A stretch of 64,000 nt of DNA, from contig OZ024743.1 of NCBI GenBank assembly GCA_964016885.1, positions 355,694,001-355,758,000 of the forward strand, given 5' to 3'. Below the pieces are notes generated by a model that was given only the letters and a program-made list of their open reading frames with translations, had not been told where the DNA came from and made no database searches. The position numbers and the translations under genes are program-made. This document shows positions 14,244 through 29,662 of this stretch, piece after piece (position 1 is the stretch's first letter; the number at the start of each line of letters is the position of its first letter). The stretch comes from Eledone cirrhosa. Its lineage: Eukaryota.

Positions 14244-15689
14244 TCTGTTTACATGTTGTAAAAGTAAATCAATATGACTCACATTAAAAGTGATATTAAG
14301 ATAGATAGATATCTAAATAATAAATGAATGTATCAATCATGTTTAATATTTCAATATATTCATAAGTTCATTCGTATGTCTCACTAGAGTAAGAGAAAAA
14401 CAATATTATGATGTCGGCAAAAGTGATGTGGGTAGGAAATCTTGCAAAATACATTAGACTTTGTTGTCGAAGTCTGGGCGTTGATATTATATCGAGATTT
14501 TCGCCGTCATTGTTTTGCAATATGTTGTCAAATATCATTATTCTTTGATGGCTTTTGGTGAGACTTGTGTACGTGTAGTGGTGTCAAGTATTTAGATATT
14601 AAATGGTAGGACTTAAATCTTTTTTCTCTATTTGATGACATCAACTACATATGGGTATGCGATATACTATATAATACATGCAGACATGAAATATATTCGA
14701 TTGCGGTATTGGTTCAGGCAAATATGGAGCTAGAAACATACTGTGTAACAACTTCGTAGATGACTAGAGCGTTTAAATGCCATCCATAATGGACATGCCA
14801 CAATATACAACGTATTGCGTATAAATTATACACTCCCTCTGCTTACATTCCTGTTAATGCTTTCAATCATACACATATCCCAAATTGCCCTCTATAGCTG
14901 CGTTACTTAAACGTGGAACACTCTTCGAGTAGTATCCGACGATACTGAGAAATCAGGATATCTTAAAGTAGTAACTATATGATTTGGAAACTGAAGTGCG
15001 TTCTTTGTTTTGCTTTTTTTTTTTTTTTTCTTAAATCTCAATGTTTTCAATTATTTCTCCAAATTATTTAGTTGACGTAAACTTACCTATTCTAGTTAGT
15101 CAAAATTCCTTTCTTTGTGGAACTTTTGTTTGAACTAATCCAACATCAATATGAGAAGTATGAATGTTATCGCATTGCTTTTCCTGTACATCATATAAAA
15201 CTCTCAATTCTTTCTCATGACACTAAATATAAGAAACTAGTGTCTATCGCACGCAGAAAGAAGCTAATGCAATACATTGTCCCACCATAGATTATTCTAT
15301 ACATTAAAGACTCCCTTCAACATATTAACATGAGATAGCTTGAAGTAGGAAACACAAGAGTTGACACTAACAAAATGAAGCACGATCTGAATTTTCCACA
15401 AAAGACAGATACAATGATTCTGCAGTAACCAATATTGTCCACCAAGTTCTTAATTTACCATTGCTGTTCTTCTTTGTAGCTCGGAAGAGGTTTATTTTCT
15501 TTCAATGGGTGGATTTTTTTTCACGCCTTTGCGCTTAATGTTCTGGCTGGAAACCTGTCTAATTGGTCTTTATTGATTCCAGCATGGTCTCCGCCAGTTC
15601 ATTCTTTCTAAGATTCATGCCTGTACAACTGGTGTTCAAATAGATCGACGCTGGGGCAAATCCTGACCCTTAAAAGACTTATGGCAGCT

Positions 15690-15915
15690 CTCAGTGGTGT
15701 GACATAGAGTGTGATAAGGCCGAACCTTTAAATTACTTTTACAGTCAATCCGACGGACTTATTACAGTTTCCGTTCACCCAATTTCCTCCACAAAGCATG
15801 GGTCAACCCGAGGCTTTGGTGATTAACATCTGCCCAAGATGCCACGCAGACAGATTGAACCCGAAACATAATGGTTGCGAAGCGAACTTTTTAACCATTC
15901 GGCCATGCTGCTCCC
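15690..15915 (-). mobile_element. tRNA-derived SINE, second family
   Basis: A-box TGGCCGAATGG and B-box GGGTTCAATC on the minus strand; relative at 61274-61635. Confidence 0.7.
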
Positions 15916-16369
15916 CCTATAGGAATAAGTATTTCATCTGTGTGGTACAGGTCCTGGTGGTGTACAACTTGTGTGTACTCTAGATTTAATTCTGACATCG
16001 TTTTCTATTCATACAATTATTGGACCATAAACAATTGCGATGTTATTCAGTTCTGCAACTCATGATAATGAGTGTGTATCAATAAAAATACAGAGGGTAA
16101 GCAAATGCTTTCTTTTTACCGTCTTATATAATTACAAAGTGTATGAGGGGAGTGCACAACTATATACACATGCACATAAACATATATGGTATATTTATGT
16201 TTTATGCATTAGTTCTTGAAGGTCCCGAACCCAAATCATACACAGACGTCTTCCCTGGCAAATCATACAGATGGAACTGATGTTTGGTTTCAACTTTTGT
16301 AGCACATTGTATGAAGTTAAATCGTATGCACCGACAGAGTGGAAGATGACCGCGGTGATGACCGTGGTG

Positions 16370-16740
16370 ATAGTAAGTGCCCCGACAGGATAACTGTCTT
16401 CCCATTCGAGGGAGGTAAATCCTTAATCTGGGACACCAAGTATTGCGACTCGTTCTCCATCTCCAGCCATGTCACTTCGGCCGCAAACCCGCATATTCAT
16501 TGCAGAGGAGAAGAAGATAACCCAATACCGGAACTTGACCGACTGCTTCCTTTTTGCGCCGGTTGCCATCGAGACATGAGGTCACCTCGGTTCCCGAACT
16601 GATATGTTCCTCCGTAAAATCGGAAAAGCAGCCCGGATAAGGAAGGACTCCATGAGGTGAGCAGCAGGTGTTGCTGACCATTTTCCGCACCGATTCCTTC
16701 ACCATTTTGTCCGTCGGGCGCAGCTGAAACATACCACTCA
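16370..16740 (+). pseudogene. CRE-like LINE endonuclease fragment
   Basis: KCPDRITVFPFEGGKSLIWDTKYCDSF; homologous to 11095-11560. Confidence 0.65.
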
Positions 16741-17559
16741 GATTGGGGTTTCCTGTCTGTAACTCCCTCTTTCTCTTTCTTTTGCTGTCTAATTTCTTTC
16801 TTGTTTTTCCTACAATACAAATACCGACATCACTTTAGAAGAGTTCCTAAATAGCACTAGTGGACATTTTTCCAGAACGCACATGTCGAAATAAAGTTTT
16901 TAAAAAGTACCCAAATAACAGTAAGAAACTTTTTCCCAGATCACACAGGCCGACAACTCACATAACAAAAGACCAGACTCCGACTGCTACTATGATATCT
17001 CGCAGTAAAGGTGACAATCGACATCTAGCTGCCAGTAACTATAGAAGCAGCTATGATAATACATTTGTTTTGACCTGGAAGAGCACATAATATAAACAAT
17101 TGAAATGTATTCTGAATTAAGCGTTTCAAGACCAGATTATTTCGTTTTTAAAGCTCTTCCTACAAGACCAACCTTATTTGATAAGTATTTACTATAAGAG
17201 ACCCACTGAGTTGACGTTGACAGCGATCCATGATATTGGTTGTGAATATTTGCAGCAGAGTAATGAACCATCAGTTTGGCAAATAAACGCCATTTTATAT
17301 TCTCTCTATACAACTGTTAAATAGTATTTCGAATATACTCAAGAAATAAAGAAATGCAAAACAAAAAGGCGTCCAGGATTTGTAAAGTGGAAAAAAAAGG
17401 TCATTGACCAACGAGTGACTATCAATTATGTGGCGACATCTAACATATTCAAACAAACAAGTAAGTACACTGCTCGCCAACAAATAGGGAAAATATAAGA
17501 AAAATAGAGTTTGGGGATAGTAAAAAGAAAGCATTTGCTTACCCTCAAGCAGTAGTTAA

Positions 17560-18400
17560 AAGTTGTTAACTTGAAATGCAGTCATCAGAAGAAAGAAACT
17601 GAAAGAAAAATAAGAAATTTAATTAAAATCAATCAACATTCTACAGAAGGATTTGGGTACAGTCAATAAAAATCACAGAAGTTCCTTTCCGTTAAGATAT
17701 GGATTTATTCTGAGGAAAAGGAATTTAACAGGGATGCAATATGGTTAAAAGAAATCCCAAAGAAATATTCTTTCTCTATAAACATAAAACACGTGCGGTA
17801 TTAATGATATCTTTGAGGGTGTAATGGTTAAACTTCATGATAGGAAAGAACCCAGAAAAGGACATGATTTTTGGTTATTGGGACAAAAAGAAATGACCAC
17901 ACCGAGGTAACTTATCAATCTTTACCAGATAACTTTCAATTGAGACGTAAATATACTAAGCTGGTTGTCAATGGCAGAAACAACTCTGGAGTCAGAAAAC
18001 AAAGTCAATCACAAGACGAAGAAATAGCAGCTAATTGCGTGCCAGAATTTAATGCATGCATTGTATACATCCTGTCTGATCTTCTTCCTTCGGGATTATT
18101 ATGTTAGTAACAATATCACCACAGCCGAATAAGCAACTAAAAAAGGAGTTTGGCTATGTGCTGAGCAACTTCTATTTAACAAAACTGTGATGTCAGAGAA
18201 ATGTACGTAATTGACTCAACAGGAGACAGAGAAAAACAACTCTTAGCTTATTTGTCGACAACTAGAAGGTATATTCTGAAAATATAAAGGGTGTAAAAAA
18301 GAACCTTGATCTGATTACTGAATTATCAGAGTTTCACATAGTTATAGGCACGAGCTATATGACTGCAACCCTTCAGACAATGGCAGTCACATATCTAGCA
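17560..18400 (+). pseudogene. Decayed R4/Dong-like RT fragment
   Basis: WLSMAETTL, LIACQNLMHALYTSCL, CAEQLLFNKTVMSE across frameshifts. Confidence 0.6.
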
Positions 18401-18674
18401 TAAGTAACTGTGAAACATTGATTAACACCGAAGTATGTTCCTATTCTGTCAACATTTTCCCGTCTCAAGGATTTATATCTGTGTGTGGCTGACGGCTGAG
18501 AGGAAGGAGCGCTCAATACCAAAGTAGAGTCTTAATATTCATTTATATTAAGGCTAAAAAGGGAGTCTTGTTACTCTGGAGTTCCGCATGTTTATCACAG
18601 AGTCTTGAAACTCCAGAGTAACAAGACTTGCGTTATAGTCTTAATGCAAATGAATATAAATATATATACATATG

Positions 18675-18738
<64 letters not shown>

Positions 18739-19177
18739 TGTTTGTATGTGTGTGTGTGTGTGTTGGTCTTCATTGGTTCCGACTGCAAGTGTTGTTTTTT
18801 CAACAATGAAACGACGTACTCGTGAAATTAAGGTGCAGATATCTGAGCATTGCACATTATGCAATTGTCAGTGAGATTCAGCGAGACAGAGTGTGAATGT
18901 ATGTGACTATTACCGATATACCATATATATGTACCTGCAACATGAAATAAGGTTTCTTCCTCGAAGATAAAAGGCGTCACCGGGAATCGAACTCACAACA
19001 TGATGATCATGAGCTGAACACCCTAATCATAAAACCAAATGCCTTTTACAGACATAACAATAAGATGGACATATACATAATTTAATCGATTAAATATTTA
19101 TGTGTAGGTATTATGTGTATAGATAGATAGACTTGGATTGTATAACATTCTTCTTATTAATATATACATATATATAT

Positions 19178-19217
<40 letters not shown>

Positions 19218-19256
19218 ACATATATATATATAGAGAGAGAGAAAGAGAGAAAGAGA

Positions 19257-19405
19257 GAGGTAACCACAGTAAGTAAGGTACTCAATACATAGCAGAGTAC
19301 AAAAATGTTAATATAGATGAGATTCTACAGGACTAGAACTATTTCATTCTTTAGAAATCAGATGATTTCTAAAGAATGAAACAGTTCTGGTCCTGTAGAA
19401 TCTCA

Positions 19406-19410
<5 letters not shown>
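19257..19410 (-). mobile_element. Fold-back hammerhead element, family D, folded inside the CTGATGA core
   Basis: Homologous to 31765-31952; centre AAATCAGATGATTT. Confidence 0.8.
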
Positions 19411-19443
<33 letters not shown>

Positions 19444-19486
19444 AAAGTATGTCCATAGAATCATTTGATAAGATATATACACCATC

Positions 19487-19546
<60 letters not shown>

Positions 19547-19548
<2 letters not shown>

Positions 19549-20130
19549 GGTGGCTGCCAACTCGTTTTCGAGTACGGCCACTACTTTATATCCATGTAGG
19601 AGAACCCCTACCGATGCGCTGAACAGCGACTTGAAAACTCTGGTACAAACACTACACTTGTGACAATTATTGACACATAGTGCTGGGCCCATGGTACCAT
19701 GTGACGACACGTGCAGAGAGATCTCCAGATATAAAGCAATGCCTGTGCCGTGAAGCTTTTATAGTGAGCAAAGGCACTGCACAAAGCCAGTCCCACTCTC
19801 TTAACCAAGATGATATTTACCAAAAAGAAGAACAAGTCAACATCATTGGATACCATCAGGGTTGTAGGTGTTATATCAGAGTTTTCCTTCTCCTAGAATT
19901 CTGCCTTGACAAAAGCTAAGGGGTCATCCCTCCCGATTTTGGATGGCCATTGACTCTTAAGAGCTCCTTTGCCCTTTGATAGGTTTTGTTTTTAGTCCTG
20001 CAGGATGTCCAAAGTCACCCTCCCCACCAAGAAACCTTGGTGGAGTTGCCAGTTTAGTCGCCAACGACCCGACCATGAGACAGGTTGTACTGGGATACAT
20101 GTTACCAGTAGCACCAACTGGTGACCTGAC
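19547..20130 (-). mobile_element. Probable RTE-derived non-autonomous element
   Basis: C-terminal CSVCTRVFKS zinc-finger-like remnant; otherwise non-coding. Confidence 0.35.
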
Positions 20131-20150
20131 ATATATATATATATATATAT

Positions 20151-20610
20151 TTCCGGGGGTACATTGTACCCTCAGATATATATTAACCTTATTCAACAAT
20201 CTCCAGTATGTAGAGATAAATCTTGTCGTGCTATTTAGTTGCTAAAAATCTTTTTTAGTAGCGACCATAGACGGCTAGTCTACGATTTCCCGCCTTCACT
20301 ATACACCAATGTATTTACGGGTCACTTTCACGACCTTTCAGACCTGTATTAGTTGGAGTGAGGTCATATATTTTGTCGTTCCTGGGGTTTTTAACCCTAG
20401 GACAGGAAAATGCTTCTCTGATGATCGTTGCTTTTCCATTAATATCCTCGTGATATTTAATGTTTTGCACCATGAAACTGTACAGTTAGGGCCATTTGAA
20501 TAGGTAAATATTTATATTATATTTTTTAATTTTGATTAATTTTAATTGTATATTAATTTTGATTTATTTTGAAAAATTGGTTGAATTTTACTTGTTCTGC
20601 TTATCTTGAT
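20151..20610 (+). mobile_element. Hammerhead element, family E (HHR 20413-20492), permuted relative to 39460-39970
   Basis: TTCT-CTGATGA-..-GAAA-CTGTACAG-TT-AGGG; TA-flanked. Confidence 0.75.
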
Positions 20611-20622
20611 ATATATATATAT

Positions 20623-20782
20623 AGGAACCAGTAAGACCCCGACGGCTGAGCTCAAGCCGTCGAAACGGCTTGAGCTCAGCCGTCGGGGTCTTACTGGTTC
20701 CTATTACCCACTCTACTACCCCAAGTATTGAGTACTTTGGTGCGTTATGGTCCACCTGGTTCCTTACCACATTTCCTTCGTC
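20623..20782 (+). mobile_element. Family C fold-back copy
   Basis: Centre GCCGTCGAAACGGC; same tail as 13031. Confidence 0.8.
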
Positions 20783-21041
20783 ATATATATATATATATAT
20801 ATATATTTAAAAAGAATCGAGGTGTGACACACGAGTTGTGATATATTAGTAAAAAGGAAAAGTAAATGCTGACAAATTTTTCCCAGTGAAAAATAGTTTA
20901 ATTATGAATGAGTATAAATTAGTAATAAGTATTGGTTAGTATTCAGTTTTAGTATTAAGTTTTTACCGGTTGCGCATTTCTAATGCTTTTCAAAAATTAT
21001 TTTGAGATAGAGCGCTCGTGATATTTGCTCTGTATATATAT

Positions 21042-21220
21042 AGGAAAAAAGTCAGGATCCCCACGGCTAAGATCTGGCCGTTTCGGCAGCTAGATCCGAA
21101 AAAAACCAGCACTACTGTCGGGGTCCTGTCTCTTTTCCTATTACCCACTCTACTACCCAAAATATCGAGTACTCTGGTGCGTTATGGTCCACCGGGTTCC
21201 TTACCACACTTTCTTTGTTT
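21042..21220 (+). mobile_element. Family C copy, diverged
   Basis: Tail ATTACCCACTCTACTACCC..GCGTTATGGTCCACC. Confidence 0.75.
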
Positions 21221-21225
21221 TATAT

Positions 21226-21303
<78 letters not shown>

Positions 21304-21306
<3 letters not shown>

Positions 21307-21382
21307 GGTGTCCCAAAAAGCTGTATACACACTTTTAATAGAATGCTGTTCAAGTGTGTATACATTTTTTGGAGACACCCAG
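21304..21382. mobile_element. Small Tc1/mariner MITE
   Basis: TIRs CAGGGTGTCCCAAAAA / TTTTTGGAGACACCCAG, TA flanks. Confidence 0.7.
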
Positions 21383-21441
<59 letters not shown>

Positions 21442-21648
21442 GGTAGGGTGTTGCTCCAGTTTCTTCAGCTGGCATGAAATGAGTTGCAGCTGTATTTAAA
21501 AGGCCGACACTTGTCACACACGGCGCCATGGTGAATCTCCCTGAGAACTACATTAAAGGTACACGTGGCTGTGGAAAGCTCTGGCTGTTCCGTTAATTGA
21601 ATCAACTGAAGCACTCGTCTCCGGAAACGACGAATGATCAACACAACT

Positions 21649-21768
<120 letters not shown>

Positions 21769-21782
21769 TTCCTCCCCTTCTG

Positions 21783-21837
<55 letters not shown>

Positions 21838-22033
21838 CTCGCATATGATCAATTTCCCATTTTCTCTTCCCGCTTCTCTTTTTTCCTTTTTTCCATTCAC
21901 GTTCTCTGTATATAGTTATGTGTGTACATGTGTGTGTGTATATAAGTACTTTTATGCATGTATATATATATATATATATATTCAGTTATGTTTGTATATG
22001 TATGTAAGCATATATATATATATACACACACAC

Positions 22034-22081
<48 letters not shown>

Positions 22082-22117
22082 ATATATATATATATACATA
22101 CGTATATATATATATAC

Positions 22118-22200
<83 letters not shown>

Positions 22201-22202
22201 TA

Positions 22203-22249
<47 letters not shown>

Positions 22250-22255
22250 TTATAT

Positions 22256-22310
<55 letters not shown>

Positions 22311-22485
22311 TTAACACCATAAAACATACGCCAAACATTGCTGAAATCATCATGCCATCAATCATGTTATGTGGGGACATATGTGTAGATGCAATAAAAC
22401 AGTTTTGAGTGCCGCTGCACCTTGAGGAACCCAGTAGGCTACGTTTGCCTCTTAAATGCATGTTTTATGAGTTGTGCAGAAGTTG

Positions 22486-22563
<78 letters not shown>

Positions 22564-22724
22564 CTCACACACTCTCTCTCTCTCTCTCTCCCTCTCTCTC
22601 TCTGGCTGTGTGTCTTAGAATACATCAAACTTCAGGTAATATGTACCCGATAAAAACTGATTTCCATGAATGCATTCCTTAATGCGTTCTTATCATCTTA
22701 GCTGTTATTTACGGGTGGATGGAA

Positions 22725-23400
22725 GTAACAGCAACAGCAACAACAACAACAACAGCAACAGCAACAGCAACAACAACAACAACAACAACAACAACAGCAG
22801 CAGCAATAACTGCAGCAAGCAGCAACAGCTTTAACAACAAAAACAACAACACCTATAACGGCAGCAACAACAACAGTTGCAGAAATAAGTGCAGCATCTG
22901 CTGCAATGGCTACAACAGCAGCAACAATAACTGCAGCATTAGAAGAAATTGCAACAACAACAGCATCAGAACCACAACTACAACAACAGCAGCAGCAGCA
23001 ACAACAACAACAACAACAGCAACAGCAAAAACAATAGCAGCTGCAACTGCCATAGCAACAAGAGCAACATAGAACAACGAAAGCAGCAACAACAACAACA
23101 TCAAAAACAATAGCAACAACAATAATGGCAGCAGCAACAAGAGCATCATCAACAACAACAACAACAGGCTTAACAACAACAACAACAACATCAGAAACAA
23201 AAACAAGAGCAACAACAGCTACATCGGAAAAAAAATAACAACAATAGCGTCAACAACAACAACAACAACAACAACAACAACGCAACAATTGCAACAACAA
23301 AAAATGGTAACAGCAGCAACAACAGCGTCAACAACAACAGCGTCAACCACAACAACAACAACAACATCAAGAACAACAGCAACAGTAACAACGACAACAA
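22725..23400. repeat. Degenerate (CAA/CAG)n trinucleotide tract
   Basis: Direct reading. Confidence 0.9.
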
Positions 23401-23402
23401 CA

Positions 23403-23890
23403 CTTTTGGCACGAGGCTAGCAAGCTCCAGTACATTACTGGTACTTTATTTTATCGACCCCGTAAGGATGAAAGGCAAAGTTAACCTCGGCGGGATTTGA
23501 ACTCAGAATGGCAAGGGCCGTAACTCTATGCGTCAAAGCATGGCGTCCGACCCTCTACCGATACTGGCAGAAATTATTGTTTATACTATTGGCACAAGGC
23601 CAGCAACATACCCCAGTGCATTACTGGTACTTTATTTTATCGACCCCGTAAGGATGAAAGGCAAATTTAACCTCGGCGGGATTTGAACTCAGACAACAGC
23701 AATAGTAACTGATTTTACTTTTGGCACAAGGCCAGCAATCCCCAGTACATTACTAGTATTTTATTTTATCGACCCTGTAAGGATGAAAGGCAAGTGAACC
23801 TCGGCAGGATTTGAACTCAGACCGTAGAGGGACGTAACTATGCTGGAAAGCATGGCGTCCGACTCTCTACCAATACTGCCAATCCAACAG
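23403..23890 (-). mobile_element. Three head-to-tail SINE copies
   Basis: Repeated CTGGTACTTTATTTTATCGACCCCGTAAGGATGAAAGGC..TTTGAACTCAG. Confidence 0.85.
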
Positions 23891-24382
23891 CAACAAGATA
23901 GACAACAATACTAACAACAGCTGTAATAAACACAACCTCACGAACAGCAAGAAAAACAAGAATTTCACCAACTAGGATAACAACTACAACATCAACCACT
24001 TCGAAATTAACACCCATAACAACAACATTACTACAAGAACAAAACACCACCACCACAATACCCACCACCGTCGCCCTTATGACCACCACCACTACTACCC
24101 ATTTCCCCACCATAATGACAATAACAGAGTGGAGAGGAAAAAAAAAAGAGTTTAAATTGGTGTTTGGTAATAGGTGTGTGGGTGATTTGGTGAGAAAGGC
24201 GGAGTGGTATGAGGGGATATTGTAAAGAGGAGGGGGGGGGGGGGTAAAAACATTGATTTCTGGGGATGGGGTAACAGAATGAGAGAAGTTAATGATTGAT
24301 AGATTATGTGGGTTTGATGGAGATGCCTATTAATAACACTCTGAATGAAGGTTTGATGGATATGTACATTAATAACGATTTC

Positions 24383-25025
24383 TTCTATAAGCACAAGGCC
24401 AGAAATTTGAGGGGGGGGGGGGGGGGGAGGAAAAGTCGATTATATCCACCCCAGTGCGTTACTGGTACTTTATTTTATCGAACCCGTAAGGGTGAAAAGC
24501 AAAGCTAACCTCGGCAGGATTCGAACTCAGAACGTAAAGGGTCGTAACTCTATGCTGTGAAGCATAACATGCGATGCTCTACCGATACTGCCAATCCACA
24601 GCCCTGAAATGCCCATTAATAACTGTTTCTACTTTTGGCACAAGGCCAGCAAATACCCAGTGTATTACTGGTACTTTATTTTATCGACCCCCGTAAGGAT
24701 GAAAGGCAAAGTTAACCTCGGCTGGATTTGAACTCAGATCATAAAGGGCCGTAACTCTTTGCTACAAAGCATGGCGTCTGACCCTCTACCGATACTTCCA
24801 ATCCACCGCCCATTAATAATGATTTCTAGTATAGGCACAATGCCAGTAATTTGGGGGGAGGGGAAAGTCGATTAAAAAAAACTCCAAGTACATTACTGGT
24901 GGTTTATTTTCTCGACACCGTAAGAATGGAAGACAAAGACAAAGTTAACCTCGGCAGGATTTTGAGCTCAGAACATAACGGGTCGCAACTCTATGCTGTG
25001 AAGCATGGCATCCGACGCTCGATGG
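24383..25025 (-). mobile_element. Three further head-to-tail SINE copies
   Basis: Same family as 1-155. Confidence 0.85.
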
Positions 25026-25286
25026 AGTCGTAGGTTTATAACAAGCTGGATGAGGGTTTGCTGGAGATGTGTATTTTCAGTATATTAGAGGAGGGTTTGG
25101 AGATGTACATGATAACATAATGTACAAAATACAAATAAGGAAAAAAGTAAAAGAAGATGATGATGATGAAAATGATGACGCGGATAAAGATAACGATGAT
25201 GATGATGATAATTGTGATGAGGATGCTAATGATGATGACGATGGCGGTAACGATGGGAAGGAATCATGATGGTAATAGAAAGAACG

Positions 25287-25423
<137 letters not shown>

Positions 25424-25815
25424 GTAGTAATGGCGAGTAACGTGCTGGATTATATGACATGATCGTTGGAAAAAAAATACCATGTTTTGGTATATAGTAA
25501 CGTAGTAAGATAACGGTGACGAGGACGAGGTCGTGCAGAATACGGCGTGTTGCAAGCATATAGTGTGTTCTGTAGTACGGCATACAGCATGCAGTGAGTA
25601 GTATGATGTAAGAAAAGTGCAGTGGAAGTTAAAAATATGTTTATACGACACAGTAAATCTCAACTAGAAAATTAATCACATCTGTAAATACAGGTAGAAA
25701 AGATATAAACCTGTGATTTATGATTTCGATTGTAGAGATGAACAAATTGTTTATAGCGAAATATAAGGAGTTTAATGCTATTTCCCAGTTTCACTCACTT
25801 GATAATATATGTGTG

Positions 25816-25900
<85 letters not shown>

Positions 25901-26342
25901 GGTGCATATGTTCGTACACACACTTACATATATATATGTATGTGTGTGTGAATGTAAGTAAGTATATATATGTGTGAGTGTGGGTGTGGGGGGTGTACGA
26001 ATATATATGCACCAATATATATGTGTGCATGTGTGAATGTGTGCGTGCATGTGGGTGTGTGATTATATGCATGTATAAACGCATACGTGCGCGCATTTAT
26101 AAATTTAAACCCATACACTTTCCTTCAAATATGCTTACACATATATAGGTATATACGTATCGTTATATATATCATATTTCTGTCTGTTCAAATATATGTA
26201 TAGATGAGAATATGTGGATGTGTTTGTGTATGCTACTATATATGTATACATACATACGCAAACACATATTTGTGTACAACAATATACACATACACATATA
26301 CAAACATATATATATATATATATATTAATATAGATGAGATAT

Positions 26343-26378
<36 letters not shown>

Positions 26379-26414
26379 CATATAATATTTAGAAAAGGTG
26401 GAAAAGCTATTATT

Positions 26415-26531
26415 TTCCTCACAGTACCGTTTCATAGTTCGTAAACTGAACAAAAAATCGATTTACGTAATCGATTATCGATTACCAACTACCGGTTTTG
26501 GTAAAACTACGGAAACTAATCATCAGAGGAA
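26415..26531 (-). ncRNA. Hammerhead with long stem II (GTG at the cleavage site), in a ~290-bp partial tandem
   Basis: TTCCT-CTGATGA-TTAGTT..AACTAT-GAAA-CGGTACTG-TG-AGGAA; degenerate second copy ~26700-26790. Confidence 0.7.
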
Positions 26532-26802
26532 TCGCCTTTTATATCTGTCAGAATCTGAGACCTAGTTAAACCTTTAGACACCACACATGATGCGAGAGAA
26601 TTCCCGGCAAATACAAACAGGATTGGACGTCGGGTCCACTAGAAAGAGGTACGGAGCACATAATATTTAGGGAAAAGTACATACGTTAAGGTGGAATCTA
26701 TTATTTTCCTTTCGGTACCGTTTAATATTTCGTAAACCGAAGCAAAAATTGATCTAAATAATCGATTTTGTTAAAGCTAGGGAAGACGCGAAAACTAATA
26801 TA

Positions 26803-26892
<90 letters not shown>

Positions 26893-27276
26893 CATATATA
26901 TAACTGTTGTTGTCTATGTGTGTGTCCTCATTTTTGCAAAGTCTATACAAATCCACATTTCTACTCCGATTGACTTGCATTTATATATTCCTTGCGGTCT
27001 AAAGATATTAACTGCAGCTTTTATTTTTCAATTTTATGTTGTTAAAGGGGTGTTAGGCACCGGTTATCCATCTCCGTAGCGCTCTTATAATATCTGTCCG
27101 TATGCCTGGCTGTCTGCATTACGACATTCTAACGTTCATTGATGACGTATTATGTTCGCTATTTTCTGTTCATTGCCAGGGAACGTCTTCACAAACCAAA
27201 GTATCGTCTTCCTGTTTTCCTTCTGTTGCAACGTTTTTCGAAATATTTACTTCTGTGTTCACAGATTGATGTTTTT

Positions 27277-27327
27277 AGTTTCAGAAGATCCCGTTAAGGG
27301 TGAAAGCAATGATTCTTTGCTTAAACG
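27277..27327 (+). ncRNA. Hammerhead-like motif, family F, CAGAAGA core
   Basis: GTTT-CAGAAGA-TCCC gttaa GGGT-GAAA-GCAA..TTGC-TT-AAAC. Confidence 0.7.
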
Positions 27328-27344
27328 TTAATCTGTTATTTTAA

Positions 27345-28199
<855 letters not shown>

Positions 28200-28244
28200 A
28201 TGTATGGAAGTATAAGCACAAATACAATTATATATACACGGGAT

Positions 28245-29020
28245 AGGTTTTAATTTAAGGTGATGATAAAGGTATTTAGGATTAGTGTTACGGTAAGAGT
28301 CAGGATTTAGATTAGGGTTAGAATTAGTTTCAGCGATCGGTTTAGAGTGAAGGTGTGTACTAAATTAGACTTAGGGTTAATGCTTGGCTTAGGGATAGAA
28401 TTAGTGTTAAGTTTAGGCTTAGGACCAGGATTAGCGAGAAATAAGTTTAGGGCTGTGTTTAGATTCAGCGTTAGCGCTAAGATTAAGATTTGGGTAGGAT
28501 ATGTTGAGTGTTGATGTAAGTGATTTGTTTTGTGTTAAGGTTAGGTTTGGAATTAGGTTCAGGTTCAGGGTGAGTTTGAGGATTTGTGTGTCTGTCAACC
28601 TCAGCCAGACCAACAATGTCAGGTCGGCCTACCAAGACAAGCCATGCCAGAAAATCAAGATCAACTAGGTCAGTCAAATCACTACGACCATACCATAACA
28701 ACTTGGCTAGGCCAAGCTGTGTGGGACCAACTAGCTCCGTCTAGCCAGTTTGGTCAAGCCACGTCGCCCAGCAAGGTCGGCATAGTCAGGTTAACTCGGC
28801 CTAGCTCAGTTGGGACAGGCAGTTCAGTTCAGCTTGCTATGCTGATCTGAATAGGCCGACCTGGCTTAGCTGACCTTGCTGCGTCGACCCAACTAGACCG
28901 ATCGGACTCATCTGTTCTGGTTATAGTTAGGGTAGGAATTACAGTAAGGGCCATCTTTAAATTTAGGGTTAATGTTTAGGTTAGGGTTAGATATAGGGTT
29001 GGCGTTATTTTTAGGGTTTG
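28245..29020. repeat. Degenerate TTAGGG-like tracts around a GC-richer core
   Basis: Many TTAGGG/TTAGG variants at 28245-28580 and 28920-29020. Confidence 0.6.
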
Positions 29021-29132
29021 TGGGTTTGCCTGTTTGCTTCAACCATTCAAAATATTTTGTTTGTCATTTCATTCAGAGATATTTGTCCTTTTATACCACA
29101 TTGTTCCTATACTTAATGCTTGCCTACATAAA

Positions 29133-29310
29133 GGGTGGTGGTTTGGCAGAATTGGTAGATCCTCGAATAAAATGTCATTACATTATTTGTTCTGGTTCTT
29201 TACATTCTGATTTCCAATCTCAGCAAGGACAACTTTGCCTGTCATCCAACTGTGGTTGATTTAATCAACTTTGCCCTTCCCACAAATGTGTTTGCCACGT
29301 GCTTAAATTT
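29133..29310 (+). mobile_element. SINE copy, diverged
   Basis: TGGCAGAATTGGTAGA head; homology to 61033-61240. Confidence 0.6.
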
Positions 29311-29570
29311 AAAAAAAAACAATATTTGCATCGTTACTTCGGGTTCATCTAATGTGTCCTTCTTAATTCTCCGACTGTCGTTCTACTTTAGCGATGATAC
29401 AGAAATTTCCCCATCCACCTGAAGAGTTATTCAGTGTGTTCAGCCATTTTTAAAATACAGAGGTAAACGTTTTGTAGTTAGTTCTAACGACATAGCATTG
29501 TGTGTGTCTGTGTGTGTGCGTGTGTGTGCGTGTTCGTGTGTGTACGTGTGTGTGTGTGTGTGTACGTGTA

Positions 29571-29662
<92 letters not shown>

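Noticed and set aside
14240-14860. Possible decayed GIY-YIG on the minus strand
   Set aside because: No recognisable motif recovered by eye
15840-15915. tRNA gene
   Set aside because: A/B boxes belong to a SINE head; no complete cloverleaf
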